From: Felis catus | Taxonomy: Eukaryota | Direction: 5' to 3' | Assembly: GCF_018350175.1 (NCBI RefSeq) | Contig: NC_058368.1 | Coordinates: 125,056,001-125,120,000 of the forward strand | DNA: 64,000 nt | Part shown: positions 39,696-52,960 of the stretch, in pieces | Numbering within the stretch: the first letter of the stretch is position 1 | Layout of the letters: the number at the start of each line of letters is the position of its first letter | Program-made: the position numbers and the translations under genes | The notes under the pieces: model-generated | The model's input: the letters and a program-made list of their open reading frames with translations, nothing else | What the model was told of the DNA's origin: nothing | The model's database searches: none

Positions 39696-41319
39696 TAGAA
39701 TTTGGAGTTTGAAGAGACTTTCTAACTCAGTCAAACACCTTAATGACAGAAATAAGGTCCAGAGTGGTGACGTGATTTGTCCAATATCACACATTTAAAT
39801 AATGGCTTAGCATGGCTACTAAAATTCGAAGAGTATTCAGAGTAGTGAGTATAAAAATGTAAGTTAATCAACAAACATAACTTTTCTGCAAAAGGCAAAG
39901 CAACAGTTTGAGAGGACTGGTCAGATGGTGTGATTGAGAGGGATAAAGAGACATGCAAGGATCACACATCAAATGTAGGGCCATGGATCTGTCCTATCTT
40001 TAGGTTCCTGCCCTCCACATTCTGAAAAGACCTACTGCCAACTAAGCCCGTCCTCCAAGCCTAAGCCTACAAATTACAGCAGATGGGCATCGTTTACCAG
40101 GGAAGTATTTCCTTTAGCAGGAGAAAAGGAATCAGTGTCAAATGCCAATTTGGTGCCTCAAAGATTCTGGAAGAGATGTTCATTGATTGGGAATGATTTA
40201 GATGAGATTCCAATTCAAGACCTATGATCTCTATTATGAAATTCCTTACCATCATTAAAACATCTTTTCCTGAAGCAATAGCGGTATCAAGAACATGGCT
40301 ATCAATTTGAGAGGAAAGGCTACTTATTTCTAAGGTCGAGAGCCAATAAATCATTCAACATTGAAACAGCTACTTCTTTTTTCACTGGGCAAAGGCCAAA
40401 ATAAAAATCAGAGCCTCTCCTTGCAGGTGAAATTCTTTCCAATACTTCATACTCCAAGAGCCTATGCATAAATCTACTTGGTTTTAGGTTGCCAGAGAGC
40501 AGGATGTTATTTTAAACAAACATACCACCAGGAGTGACACTTTCCATGGGGCCACTAAGATACCACTTAGCGAAGATAATGATGAGGCACAATCATCTTC
40601 TTAGACTCTTCTTTGGTGATTGAGCAGCTAGAAGGAAACACTGATTTGGGGAGTCCACAAATTTATCAAGCAAATGCCTTTTGATAGTAGGAGCACTTTA
40701 TGAAACTGGGCTCCATGAAGTTCCATGATATGTCTTTGTATTCTATCCATCCACCCAAATGGTTTAAACCAAAATCAAGTGCTGCCATATGAAATATTTT
40801 TAAAATGTGTGTTTGATCCTGATTAAAAATGTTTATGGCCACTATATTTCCAAAAATATCTCTTGTGTATGCCAACAACTGAGCCCACAATCTATGTTAT
40901 CTGTGCCCTCAACCACTTGCACTGTTCTTCATCTTTGAAACCAGCTGTTAAAGGGCATTAAGAGTGAGGTCACTTAGCCTCCAAAGAGGATCATTTGACA
41001 GTGCTACACAAAGTCATCCACTGATGAAAGATAATAGTCTTTGCAACTGTGTGTGGCCTGCACCATTGCACAATGTCATTGAGACCAGAGAAGTCACCAG
41101 GGACACCTTTCTGAAATTAAAACATGCATTCTATTGCCTTGTTTTCCCTGAGAAAACTGATTTGTGAAATCCACCAGTCACATAAGGTTTAAAAACCTTC
41201 AGAGGGCAAAACTTGCAATATATACAAGTTTCATCCTAAGGTAAAATTATCCCTCATCACTCATATTTTCACAACTCTGGTGTTAATAGTTAAAATAATA
41301 AGATTTTAAGGAAGTTTTT

Positions 41320-41354
41320 TGTTTTTTTAAATGTTTATTTTGAGAGAGAGAGAG

Positions 41355-41398
<44 letters not shown>

Positions 41399-41559
41399 CA
41401 GGGGAGGGATAGAGACAGAGGAAGAGAGAGAAAATCCCAAGCAGCCTTCATGCTCAGTGTGGAACCCAACACAGGGCTCAATCTCATGAACTATGAGATC
41501 ATGACCTGAGCTGAAATCAAGAGCCAGACGCTTAACCAACTGAGCCACCCAGGTGCCCC
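41320..41559 (-). mobile_element. CanSINE with internal (GT)n
   Basis: TSD aaggaagttttt. Confidence 0.9.
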
Positions 41560-42086
41560 AAGGAAGTTTTTTGAAGGCAAGTAAGTCCTTAGCAAATGTG
41601 AAAATAAAAAGTTTCTTGACCAGAGTGATTTCCACAAAATGTTAAATGCAGCACTTAGGTTAATATGTGTCTGAGTATTTAACTGCATCCTTCCAGGCAG
41701 ATCTCAACATAAAAAAATAAGGAAGAATGGCAAGAAACCTGTTTACCCCAGGAGAGGCTCACTTCTCATCTTAATAGGAATTTCAGTTGTAATAAACTTG
41801 CTAAAACTATTTTAGGGTGAGAGATTAATTATAATTCTAAATAATGAGACATTTTCTTCTTCAATTGGTCATGATACAACAATTATAGTTGGCAAGCTCT
41901 CCCTTGGTCACACTTATAATCTATGACATTAAAATATAGCTGTGGTTTAGTCAAGGCCAATGAAATCAAGCAACTCTGTACTGGGTGTGGAATGAAATGT
42001 TATATTAGCAATTCCACTTTAATGAGTTTATCTTAAGGAAATAAAGATACGAGCAAAGATTAATGCACAAAGATATTCATAGCAAG

Positions 42087-42088
<2 letters not shown>

Positions 42089-42135
<47 letters not shown>

Positions 42136-42545
42136 TCCTTCCTTCCTTCCTTCCTTCCTTCCTTCCTTCCTTCCTTCCTTCTTTTAGAGAGTGAGCAAGC
42201 AGGGGTGAGGGACAGAGGGAGAGACAGAGGCAGGGAGAGGTGCCCCAGCAGGATTTGTGCATAAGAAAAAATTGAGAACAATTCTAATGTTTAGTAACGG
42301 GTCACTAAATAGATCATGGTACTGCCATAAAAATGATGATTTTTTTTTTCCTGGTGGCTCAGTTGATTAAGCAACCAACTCTTGATTTCGGCTCAGGTCA
42401 TGATCCCACAGTTCATGGGACTGAGCCCCACATTGAGCTCTGCAATGACAGTGCGAAGCCTGCTTGGGATTCTCTCTCCCTCTCTTTCTGCCCCTGCCCC
42501 ACTCTCTCTCTTTCAAAATAAATAAATAAATAAACTTAAAAAAAA
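42089..42545. mobile_element. Truncated minus SINE with (TTTC)n/(TTCC)n tail plus a plus-strand CanSINE (~42350-42545), in an old L1 remnant
   Basis: SINE body motifs and microsatellite at 42089-42183. Confidence 0.75.
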
Positions 42546-42900
42546 GACAGATGAGTTTATTTTTAGAAAAAAAATTTCATATACAGAGAAAATAGTCCAG
42601 AAGAATATATGGTATTATTATATATGGATTATATTATGGGTTATAATTATGGGTTATCTTAACTTTCTTCCTTCTTTCTAAGTTTTCTACAATAAATATG
42701 TAAAGACTTACATAACTTTATTTTTAAAAACACATTTTATAGAAAAGAATAACAATGTTAGAGGCCAAAATGTTATTTGCCAGATGTTTGTCTTGGATAC
42801 CTGCAAGCCCTCCTTCCTACTTAAAAAGTCAGGATGGGCTAAGAGGATGAAACAGATAAACCTAACATCTCAGTGACTAAATCCAATGAGAGGTTAGTTT

Positions 42901-43123
42901 TTTTTGTTAATTTTTTTTTTCAACGTTTATTTATTTTTGGGACAGAGAGAGACAGAGCATGAACGGGGGAGGGGCAGAGAGAGAGGGAGACACAGAATCG
43001 GAAACAGGCTCCAGGCTCTGAGCCATCAGCCCAGAGCCTGACGCGGGGCTCGAACTCACCAACCGCGAGATCGTGACCTGGCTGAAGTCAGACGCTTAAC
43101 CGACTGTGCCACCCAGGCGCCCC
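42901..43123 (-). mobile_element. Young SINEC_Fc-like SINE inside an old MLT1-type LTR (~42825-43470)
   Basis: TSD agaggttagtttt. Confidence 0.92.
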
Positions 43124-43911
43124 AAGAGGTTAGTTTTTATAAATGCGATGGTACAATGCAGCTGTTCCTATGCAGCTCCCTTAAGCAGTTCTTCTCTGAT
43201 CAGTGACCCAGGAACCAAGGTTCTTTTAACCTGTTGGCTTCACTAGACCCTTTGCATTAGATCGGCAGGGAAGGGAAGAGAGAATTTGTAGGGTTACACA
43301 GAAGGTTTTCTTAGCCAGTACCAGATATAACACATAATATCACCCAAATCTATTGTCCAGAGTTCAGTCATATTGCCGTGTCTAACTGCGAGGAAGACTG
43401 AGAAACATGTAGCTATGTGACTGGAAGGAAAAGAAATTATTTGGTCATCAACTAGCCCATTGCAGCCACACTACCATAACCAAGATGGGCATGACTTCCA
43501 CATGATCACTCTTCTTGGTACATGGAGGTGAGGGTGAGGCATCCTTCCAAGAAGTAGAAAATGAGGAAATGAAAATTAACATAGCTGAAGCCAACTCAAA
43601 TTCATGAAATATATCAAAATCTCACCTATTTGAGCAATGAACAGGAGATTAGATGGACATTAAAAAGGAGGGCATTCTCACCTATGCCCTATATTCTGGG
43701 ACTTATTTTTTTCAACCCCCAACTCATGATCACAATACCAGAATGGAATGTTTCATGTGATCTCTGACAGAAATCTGGATTGGCTACATGTAAATGACTG
43801 AGGATCTGATAGCACCCAGAACAAATTGGGCTGACTTGAGTCCAACCTTTCAGAAACATGATTGTACCAACAGAGCTGAAAATGTGGCACAAACATTAAT
43901 TTAGCCCAATA

Positions 43912-43921
43912 TTTTTAAAAT

Positions 43922-43956
<35 letters not shown>

Positions 43957-44151
43957 TTTGTTTGTTTGTTTATTTTGAGTGTGTATGTGTGTGTGTGCGT
44001 GCACAAGCAAGGGAGGGGCAGAGAGACAGGGAAAGAGAGAATCCTAAGCAGGTTCTGCACTGTTAGCGCTTGATCTCACAAACCGTGAGATCGTGTCCTG
44101 AGCTGCAATCAAAAGTCAGACGCTTAACTGGCTGAGCCAACCAGGTGCCCC
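43912..44151 (-). mobile_element. CanSINE with (TTTA)n tail
   Basis: Reversed head ends ...ccaggtgcccc at 44151. Confidence 0.85.
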
Positions 44152-45160
44152 AGGGTAGTCAAATATTTAAGATGAAAGCTAACAAAGTGAAGCACTCTAT
44201 CTGAAGAATAAGTGTGTGAATAAAAAATGATCTTCAGAAAATCCAGTAAAAGAGCTAGAAAAGAGGAAGAATTTGGCAGTTTAGTCATCACTATTCAGGG
44301 AGAGACATTACATTATATTCATTGAACCCTGTGGCTCTCATGCTTATAAATATTTCACACATATTGTACCATTTAATTCTATAACAACTCTTTGAAATAG
44401 CTTCTGTTGTTGTAGCATTCCAACAGATGAGGAAACAGATGGTCAGGGAGTGCAGGGACCTTAAAGCAGGGATCTGCTTTAAGTTTTCAGTTTCTAAGCA
44501 CTGGAGTCAAAAGTGAACCAATGGTTTCTGACACCAGAAGCTGAGAGGCAGTGAGCTCACTGCATCACATGGGACATGAAAATCATGGTTACCCAAGAGG
44601 TGTATCCTATGGCAGGACAGGAATAATTCATCAGGTCCCACCTTAGCCTGAATGAAATATTTCCCCATTCAGTTGTTCCTAAACTTGGGTGGTGTTTTCT
44701 GTGAGCTTATAAAATTCCAGTTACCAAGCTCCATCCAACCCCTAACACCTCTAGTAGTACAATTCAAGGATTCATATTCTTACAAAGCTCCTATGGTGAT
44801 TCTAATATGCAGTAACATTCAGAAATTCATACTCCAGAATCTCCCTTCTTTAGCTCTGATTCATACATTTGAAATATTCTATTGAAAAATTCAGCCATGT
44901 GGTTGGTGGGATAGGGTATCCTAGATGATATACATAAAATTCTACTCATAGGGAAATTTGTTACTCTTTTGTAAATTAAAAGGTTAGCTTTTAATTTTGT
45001 AAATTCATCTTTTAGAAATTTTATCAACTGTCCCACCCCAAATCTGTCCATTTCACTTTGTAGTTTGGGTAGAGGAGCCAACAGTCCAAGAGTTTTCCTG
45101 GTATTAACACTGTAAGTTCCACATCCCAGGAGATTCCTCTGGTCAAACTGGTATGGTTGG

Positions 45161-45276
45161 TAGGGTGACCAATTCATCCTGATTTTCCTGAGAATGCACC
45201 ACGTTTTCAAATTGAAGGTCCCACGTGCTGGGAAACCCTCTGAGTCCCAAGCAACCTGTGTCAGTTGGTCACCCTA
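45161..45276. mobile_element. hAT-Blackjack MITE (MER81/MER94-like), 116 bp
   Basis: Perfect 12-bp terminal inverted repeats tagggtgaccaa (45161-45172) and ttggtcacccta (45265-45276). Confidence 0.85.
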
Positions 45277-45451
45277 ACTGGTCACAAACCACTGCCTTCC
45301 TATGAGACCCTGCATAGTCTGATAATATCAGACAAATTCTCTATCGTTTACTAAAATATATCTTCCCAAGACTCAATGATTTCCAGAGTTTTTAGGAAAT
45401 AAGGATTTTGTTCCTAATGAGACCTCATAAATATTAAAACATATAGCATAA

Positions 45452-45660
45452 GGGTGCCTGGGTGGCTTAGTCGGTTGAATGCCCGACTTCAGCTCAGGTC
45501 ATGACCTCACATTTTGTGAGTCTGAGCCCCCCATCCTCCTCTCTGCTGTCAGCGACAGCTCAGAGCCTGCTTCAGATCCTCTGTCCCCATCTCACTCTGC
45601 CCCACCTCCACTTGCACGCTCTCTTTCTCAAAAATAAAAAACATTAAAAATAGAAAAATA
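45452..45660 (+). mobile_element. CanSINE
   Basis: TSD taaaacatatag. Confidence 0.88.
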
Positions 45661-47849
45661 AAACATATAGTTTATGGAGCACTGTGAAGACTTATTCAGA
45701 GAAAAGAAACTCCTCATTAAGGATTTCTCAAAAATGGAATGCTCTGTAATTTCCTTACATCCTTTCATAAATAGGACTGAAAAAGCAAACCAAAGATATG
45801 TTGCTATATAGGTCCAAATATTAATAGGACGGGATCCAAGAGTCACATCATAAATGTGATCATAGCAATTCCGAGGTTCCTGGAACCTGCAAAAAACTTA
45901 ATGTCACCAAGTGTTCCTCTCTGATTAGGAGTTCAGGCTTCATTCCCCATCTCTCACATAAGCAGGCTATGTTTCAAATGAGTGACCCAAGACAGTGAGT
46001 TTGCCTAATAGATTTCCACTTTGCTTGTGAGATCTTTTCTTTATGCAAGAATGCTGGGTCAGTCGTTTATACATTAACACATTTGAATATTCATAAACAG
46101 TATCTGCTTTAATGTTCCCAAACTCTGCTTCATGAATAATTCACATGTTTGACAGCAACCTATGTTATTCAATTTATTTAAAGACTACAATCAATATAGC
46201 ATGCTGCTCCAAAACATAGCAACCAGTCCTTTAACTATAGTGTGCTTCAAAATTTCTTTCCAGTTATTTCTCCATCACACTGAACTACAAATATAGGGTA
46301 ATTACTAATAATTCTATCTCCATTTTGCATGTCACCACAATCAACATATTGATTGCTTTTTGATTATAATAAACGGTTGGTTAAATTGAAGGTTTGCGAT
46401 TATGAATGTTAAGCTCTGATATTTATTTAATTCAGCTGCACCAATTTAGGCTCTACATGGTAATTTCATAAAAGCTATTGAGAATCAGAGTAGTTATTTG
46501 AATCAAGTTATAAAGAGAGCCCAGTTTCCCCAGGAGAATCTGGCATTTGAGTAAATTACACCAAGTAGGGGTTTGGTTTTGCCTCTTAGAGCATACAAAT
46601 CACTCCAGCATTATGCTCATTTTGATATGTAAATATCAAAGCAGAGAAAAACAGGAAATTTTTTTAGGTTAATTTTTTATGTTAGGATTTAAAGAAGCAA
46701 GTTTCAGAGAAAGAGTAAATGAAGCCTTATTTAAAAACAAACAAACAAACAAACAAACAAACAAAACAACTTTATCCTCAACTGGCTGGGTGAAGAGAAA
46801 AACAAGAATTATAGAAGAAATATGACAGAATAGTCACTTTGATAGAGAATTTGAGAAATTATCAAGATTTTGGCTTCAGCCAGGAAACCCATTTCAAAGA
46901 ACTGAAAACCCTCAATGTTTTAGAATCCCTTAGGAGGAGATACCAAGTTTTTGTATAAACCCAATATTGCAGTTACAAAGAGCAGCCCAAACTAGAATAA
47001 TCAGTGATTGGAAATTCTTGATAACATCATGAAGACCTTTCATCTCCTCTCCTCTTATTTTCTTTGAATGGCCATCTCTCAACACCTTCCTCATTTATTT
47101 AATTAAGAAATAAAGTATGTTCCATCGAAGACTGTGTCCCTCACCTCCACTAACCAAAAACATGAAGAAGTTATACAGAACCAGCTTTCATATTTTCTTA
47201 ACTCTAAGGCATGTATGTTTTATACTATAATGTTTCTGAAATCAGGTTGGGTAGTAAATATATTCTTTCCTTATTTTTCCCCTAAAAGCTGTTATTTATT
47301 GCATAGTCTCATGATTCATATTGTCTTAAAATGAAACTATGGTACTGTTATTCCTCATGGGCTCATCTAAACTAGATTCCTCTTGGAACTATAATCAACC
47401 AGGGCCATGCCTGACCTTGTACAGAAAACTAAGTCCCTCCTATACATAAAGCCACTGTGGAACTAAGTCTTCCAGATGCCCTACTTTTAGTACAACATGG
47501 TTCACTTCCATGTCACCTTTTTTGTCATCTCTTCTCTCCTAGACTCTTCCTCATACTATTTTGTCCTTCCTTTCTCTTGCCTCAACCACTACTGTTCCTC
47601 TTCACATTGTACTCTTGGGAAACTACTTCTTATGCATAAATTCCACAGGATTTTCAACATCACCAAGTGTTCCCTAAGTATCTTGCCTAACCTGAAACCC
47701 AGACCTTTCCAAAGAAAACGTCTTGCCTTGACACCCTCTGAAGAGTTGCTTCTTAGTTTGCTATACCTGATGTACTCTGAGGTCAAAAGATTATCTTGAC
47801 AGCATCTTCCTTAAGCAATGATGCATTCAGGGCATTATTCTTCCATCCT

Positions 47850-50800
47850 TAAGTAAAATCCTCTTTTCCTTGAAGGCCCAAAGCCTGGCTTTACTGTCTT
47901 CCCTTCCTCATCTCTTATTTGTTGACCTCCTCAAATGTCCCATCATTCACTGTGAACCTTGGCTTTTCATCTATCATCTCCCTCTTTCCCCCAGTCTATC
48001 ATCATCGATGGTTCCTTCAATGTCTATATGAAAGACCCATCCAGTGCTTCTTTACTTATTCAACTCTAAATACCATCACCTTCACCTATTTCAATTGACA
48101 TACGTTGGGTCTCACCACCACCTAAAATTATTCCACCTCTATATGCCATTACCTGGATAATAATGTCCTATCTTGTTTTCTCATTCTGGAATTCGCACTG
48201 TTTGTTCTTGACTCTTGTTTCTTCATTCTCTCTGCATTTACTTTTCTATCTAATCTAGACCCCACAAATCACTTTTACCATTCTCCATCCAGTTTCCTCT
48301 ACTGCCTTCTTTTTTGATCCTTCCATCACACATGCCCAGGAAAACTCCATGACTGAAGTACGCAACCACTTGCCTTTGTGCTCCACACCTAGTCTGTTAG
48401 CCATGATGGGAAAAAAAAAAATTATACAAACACTTATAGTCAGGACACTCGGAATTCATGTACTCCAAACAGGTTCTCAGTGGGTGTATGGCAATCCTTC
48501 TGTTGTCTGGGTAGCTTTACTCCCACTCTACAGAAATCATTTGAAACTTCTCCCTCCTTTTCTTAATCTATATCCCAGCACTTCTCACTCTCTGTAAGAG
48601 ACTTCACCTTAAGGAAAATAGAATTCATCATTTGGGAACACCTTCAACTTTGTTCTCCTCAATGCACAAATTTACTTTTGTCTGTACCTCTTTCTCCTTT
48701 TCTCCATTGCCAAAATGGGATAGATGTCCTGCCTTTTATCCAAATCTATTCTCTCTACTTGTAATCTGATCTCATTTGGTTCTACCATCTCTCAATATTG
48801 TATCTTCACTCGTACCCTCACACTACCGCTTTCCTGAAAGCATTTAAACAGGCCCTAATATTTCCCATCTTAAAAAATACACCCATTCTCAACTCCACAT
48901 CCATTCAGGCTCTCTCGTCCTTCAAAAAGGTATCTGCTCACTGTCTCCTCTTCTTCACCTGTCATTTATTCCTTGGCTGCTGCAATCTTGGCTTTTCACT
49001 CCACTGAAGTGACTCTCACTGAGATTCCAATCCATATTGCCAAATCCAGGGGACTCTTGCAAGTCTGTATTAGAGCTCTGTAGCATTTGACCATATTAAC
49101 CATGTCATTCTTTTGAAGATCTCTTCCCTGGGCTTCTGTAAAGTCATGGTCTCTGTTTCCTTTCTGCTTCTTTGGCCACTTTTTTTCAGTCTCTTTCTTT
49201 AAAAAAAACAAACTTTTTTTAATGTTTATTTTTGAGAGAGAGACAGAGCACAAGCTGGGGAGGGGCAGAGAGAGGGGGGGAGACACAGAATCTGAAGCAG
49301 GCTCCAGGCTCCAAGCTGACAGCAGAACCTGATGTGGGGCTTGAACCCAGGGATTTCAAGCTCATGACCTGAGCTGAAGTTGGATGCTTAATCAACTGAG
49401 CCACCCAGGCACCCAGTTATTAACCTCTTTCTGTAGTCACCTCTTCCTCTGTCCAACCTGTGAATGTAGATGACCCTCAGAGCTCTGTTTTGGACCTTTT
49501 CTCTTCTACACTGGATGATCACTGCTATTTCTATGCCTAAAGTATCATCCACACTGTGTCAGTTCAAGTTTTCCAAGAAGCATCCACCAAGATGTGATTA
49601 GATATGCAAGAGATTTATTGGGAGAAATATCTGTGAAGGATAAAGGAGAGGCAGCAGAAGTAAGTTGAGAAAAGAATTTAGATCATAATATCATTTCAAC
49701 AACTCACCTATGAAAGAAGAGGGTAAAGGAAAATCAGTAGGAAGAGTCTCAGACTGCTATCGAGTTCTAAGACAGTTTCAGTCAGGCGCACAGGGAATCC
49801 TGGAGCCAAAGTTGCCTTTTAAGTAGTCCTATGGCTAGCTGGGAAGTGTGGCCTTGGTGTGAACACAGTGCAGGATTCAAAGGTTGGGGGAGAGGTGGTC
49901 AGCTGGGTCTGTCAGTCAAGTGTGCTTCTCAGACCAGGTTCACCTGAAGGAAGTCTGAGCACTGCACTTTCATAGCTATCATCAATATCAGTAAATTTCA
50001 ACCTTGGCAGAGCATCAGAATCCTGATGGAGGTCTTTAAAAACATATGTATGTAGATTCTGCTGCCTGAGAATTTTGATTTAGTCAGGCTTAGATGAAGT
50101 TAGACATGTTATTTGCAAAAAAGCGTCATAGGCAAATCTGATTCCTAGCCAAGTTTGGAAACAAAGATCTTCATGTTGATGGCTTGAATTGCTCTATTCG
50201 GGGTAGGTCTCCACCTTGAGGTCCATACCCATATAAGCAACAGGTCTTTGCATTTGGATGTCCCAAATTAAAGTCAATATAATCTGCCCCAAGTGTGCTC
50301 CTTTTCCTGATTTCCCTACTTCAGTGAATGCCAATACCTTTCAGTGGTCCAAACCAAAAGCCATGGCATCCTAATTGATCCCTCTTTCCCTTATTCCTCA
50401 CTGTCTCTTACTCACCAAGTCCTGTTGACTCTGCCTTCTTGATATTTGCTGAATATCCCTCTCTTTCCTGGTGTCACTATGTTAGTTTAAGCTATCATTC
50501 TTGCCCACATTCTTGACCCCTCTAATTCATTCATTACATGACAGCAAGGTGATCCTTCCATATTTGGTGATGTCACTCTATTGTCTCCTCATGGCCTACC
50601 AGATAAAGTCCAGAATCCTTTACATATTACACAAGGCCCTACACATTTGAACCCTTGTTTATCAGTCCTGCCTTAACTCTTGTCACCATCCTGCTTCCTG
50701 CTGATCTATTTGGAGTTCTGGGAGATCTCTAGGCACTTGTTTCAGCTCTAACTTCTTCCTGGAATATACTGCCTACTTCCTTTCCTTGCTAATCCCTGGT

Positions 50801-51000
50801 GTCTCAAGGCTCCATTTGAATTCACTTCCTTCTTAAACCTTCCTTAAGGTCAGTGTGTCTTTCCACTTCCACCAAGATGAGTTGATGCCCTTGCACTCCC
50901 ATCACATCCTACCATTGCATGTTTCACAAAGATTAATGTGATCCTTGAGGCTGTGAATGTGCCTTCTTCAATGGTACATCTCCAGGACTTGGCACACTGG
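47850..51000 (+). mobile_element. Long decayed L2, interrupted by a SINE (49205-49414, minus), an old LTR (~49556-49980) and a MER5-like piece (~49990-50165)
   Basis: L2-like text cactccactgaa...tgccaaatcca, gataaagtccagaatcctt, and 3' end ...ttggcaca. Confidence 0.7.
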
Positions 51001-52861
51001 AGCTCTCAAGCTGAGGTACCTTGAGGTTATGAGCAGTAGAAAGAGCACAGGCTTTGGATTTCACCATGGCCTATTTCTGAATAACCTTGGCAAACACTTA
51101 AACTCTTAGACCTTCAGTCTTCTCATTTGTAAACCGAAAAATATCCCTCTGAATTGCTAAATAGATCATCTATGTAAAGCATGGTGCCTGTCATTTGGAA
51201 GTATACCCTAAAATTCTAGTTTTTTTATTCTCTTCACTTTTGCAAGATCTCAGTTTAACACTTCATCTAATTGAATTTGATCTGTTTCCCCCTTAGAGCT
51301 GTTTCCTTCCTGTATATTAGACCATCTTCCCACAGCTCATCCACACAGCTACCTTCCTCTTTTCTTTGATTTCTTCCATGAGCCAATTCCTGTACCTCAT
51401 TGCTGAGGCAGACACCACTAATGGTTTTTGCAGAAACCGTGGCGTCAGACACAGCAGCAGATCCATAAGTTACTGCACATCCATGTGAGCAAAGGCTAGG
51501 GCTTGAATCCCCAGGTGGGAAATGATAAATATAATTGCTGAAGTGGATACCATTAATGGTTTTTGCAGAAATCATACTGTAAGATCCTCCATCATATGGA
51601 CACATGAACTCCCCCAAGAGCAACTCGGATAATAAATTCTGGTGTATCAGAAGTTCTTAGTCAGATCTTGGGCATTAAAGCACAACCTCACTTAAGCTTT
51701 TCCTAGGGACAAAGCAAAAGCTAGGTAACAAATCCTTCTCACCCAGATGTTCTAAAAAAAATGACTTATGACTCCTGTCCTACATAGATTAATTAACTAA
51801 CTAACTAATTAAATCTGCTAGTATTTACTGAGTACCTTCTAAGTACTAGGCACTGTGAATGGTCTAGGGATAAATACAGTTGTGAACTGAAAGCAGCTTA
51901 GCACAGTGGCTAAGATCATGGGCTCCAGTTCCTGTCTGCCTGAACTCAAATGTAGGCCCCATACTCATTACTGGTATGACCTTGATCAGCAAGCTGTGGT
52001 GTGTCTTGGTTTTCTTGAATGTAAATTGAATATATATAATAGTATATTTCTGATAAGTCTTCAAAGAATAAATGCATTAACACATGTTAAGATTTACTTA
52101 GAGCAGTGTCTGCCACTGTATAAATTTAAATATGTTAACCATGATTATTGTGGGAACACAGAGGAGGGGTATCCAGCCTAGGCTTGGAGACCAGTAAGGG
52201 CTTCCCAGAGGAAATGATGTCTAAACTGAAACTGGAAGGATGATGGTAGGTGAAGGAAAAGATGATTTAGGCAGGAACTGCATATGCAAAGCTCCACAGC
52301 ACAGTGACAATGATCCACAGGGAAAACTGTTAGAGCTGCTGGGTTATAGTGCATACATGTGTACATGTGTGTGCATGTGCGTGTGTTGGAAATAGGGGAG
52401 CTAGAGAGAGAGAGATGATAAAGGTAAGCAGGTGTTCCCCCTGTCCTCCATTTGTCCCTTCTATTTAAATTCTCCTCCACCCTACTCTTTGTCCCAAGGC
52501 TGACTACTATGGACTACTTTTGTGGCTCCTTTGCTTACTGACTTCCAGTTATTACTTGGCCAGAGAGTAGCCCTGGAAGGCCATCAGAAGGAGGGAGGAG
52601 AGTACAGGTGGGCTTACTCCTTGGTACTCTTCCCAGGGAGCCACAGCTTCTTCCAATCACCCTTCCTCACCCACAATCTTTCCCAGGCATGAGGAAAGAT
52701 TCCCAGCCCAAGAAAGCACCTAGGGAAGGAAGTCACCAAGCCTGATATTCTTTGGATCTCTGGATATTTCTAACACTGACTGGATGTTTGCAACCCTAGC
52801 CCAAGGGTCAGCCTTAAGGAGCAAAGAGAAAAAAACTCTCTATCTTTCTCTTTTCTTAAAT

Positions 52862-52960
52862 ATTTTATTTTATTTTATTTTATTTTACTTTATTTTATTT
52901 TATTTTATTTTATTTTATTTTATTTTATTTTATTTTATTTTATTTTATTTATTTTATTTA
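52862..52960. repeat. (TTTTA)n pentanucleotide array, tail of a truncated SINE (to ~53018)
   Basis: Read directly from the sequence. Confidence 0.9.

Noticed and set aside
51400..51572. Spaced direct repeat as a CRISPR-like array
   Set aside because: Only two diverged copies in a mammalian genome; better explained as an in-frame coding repeat.
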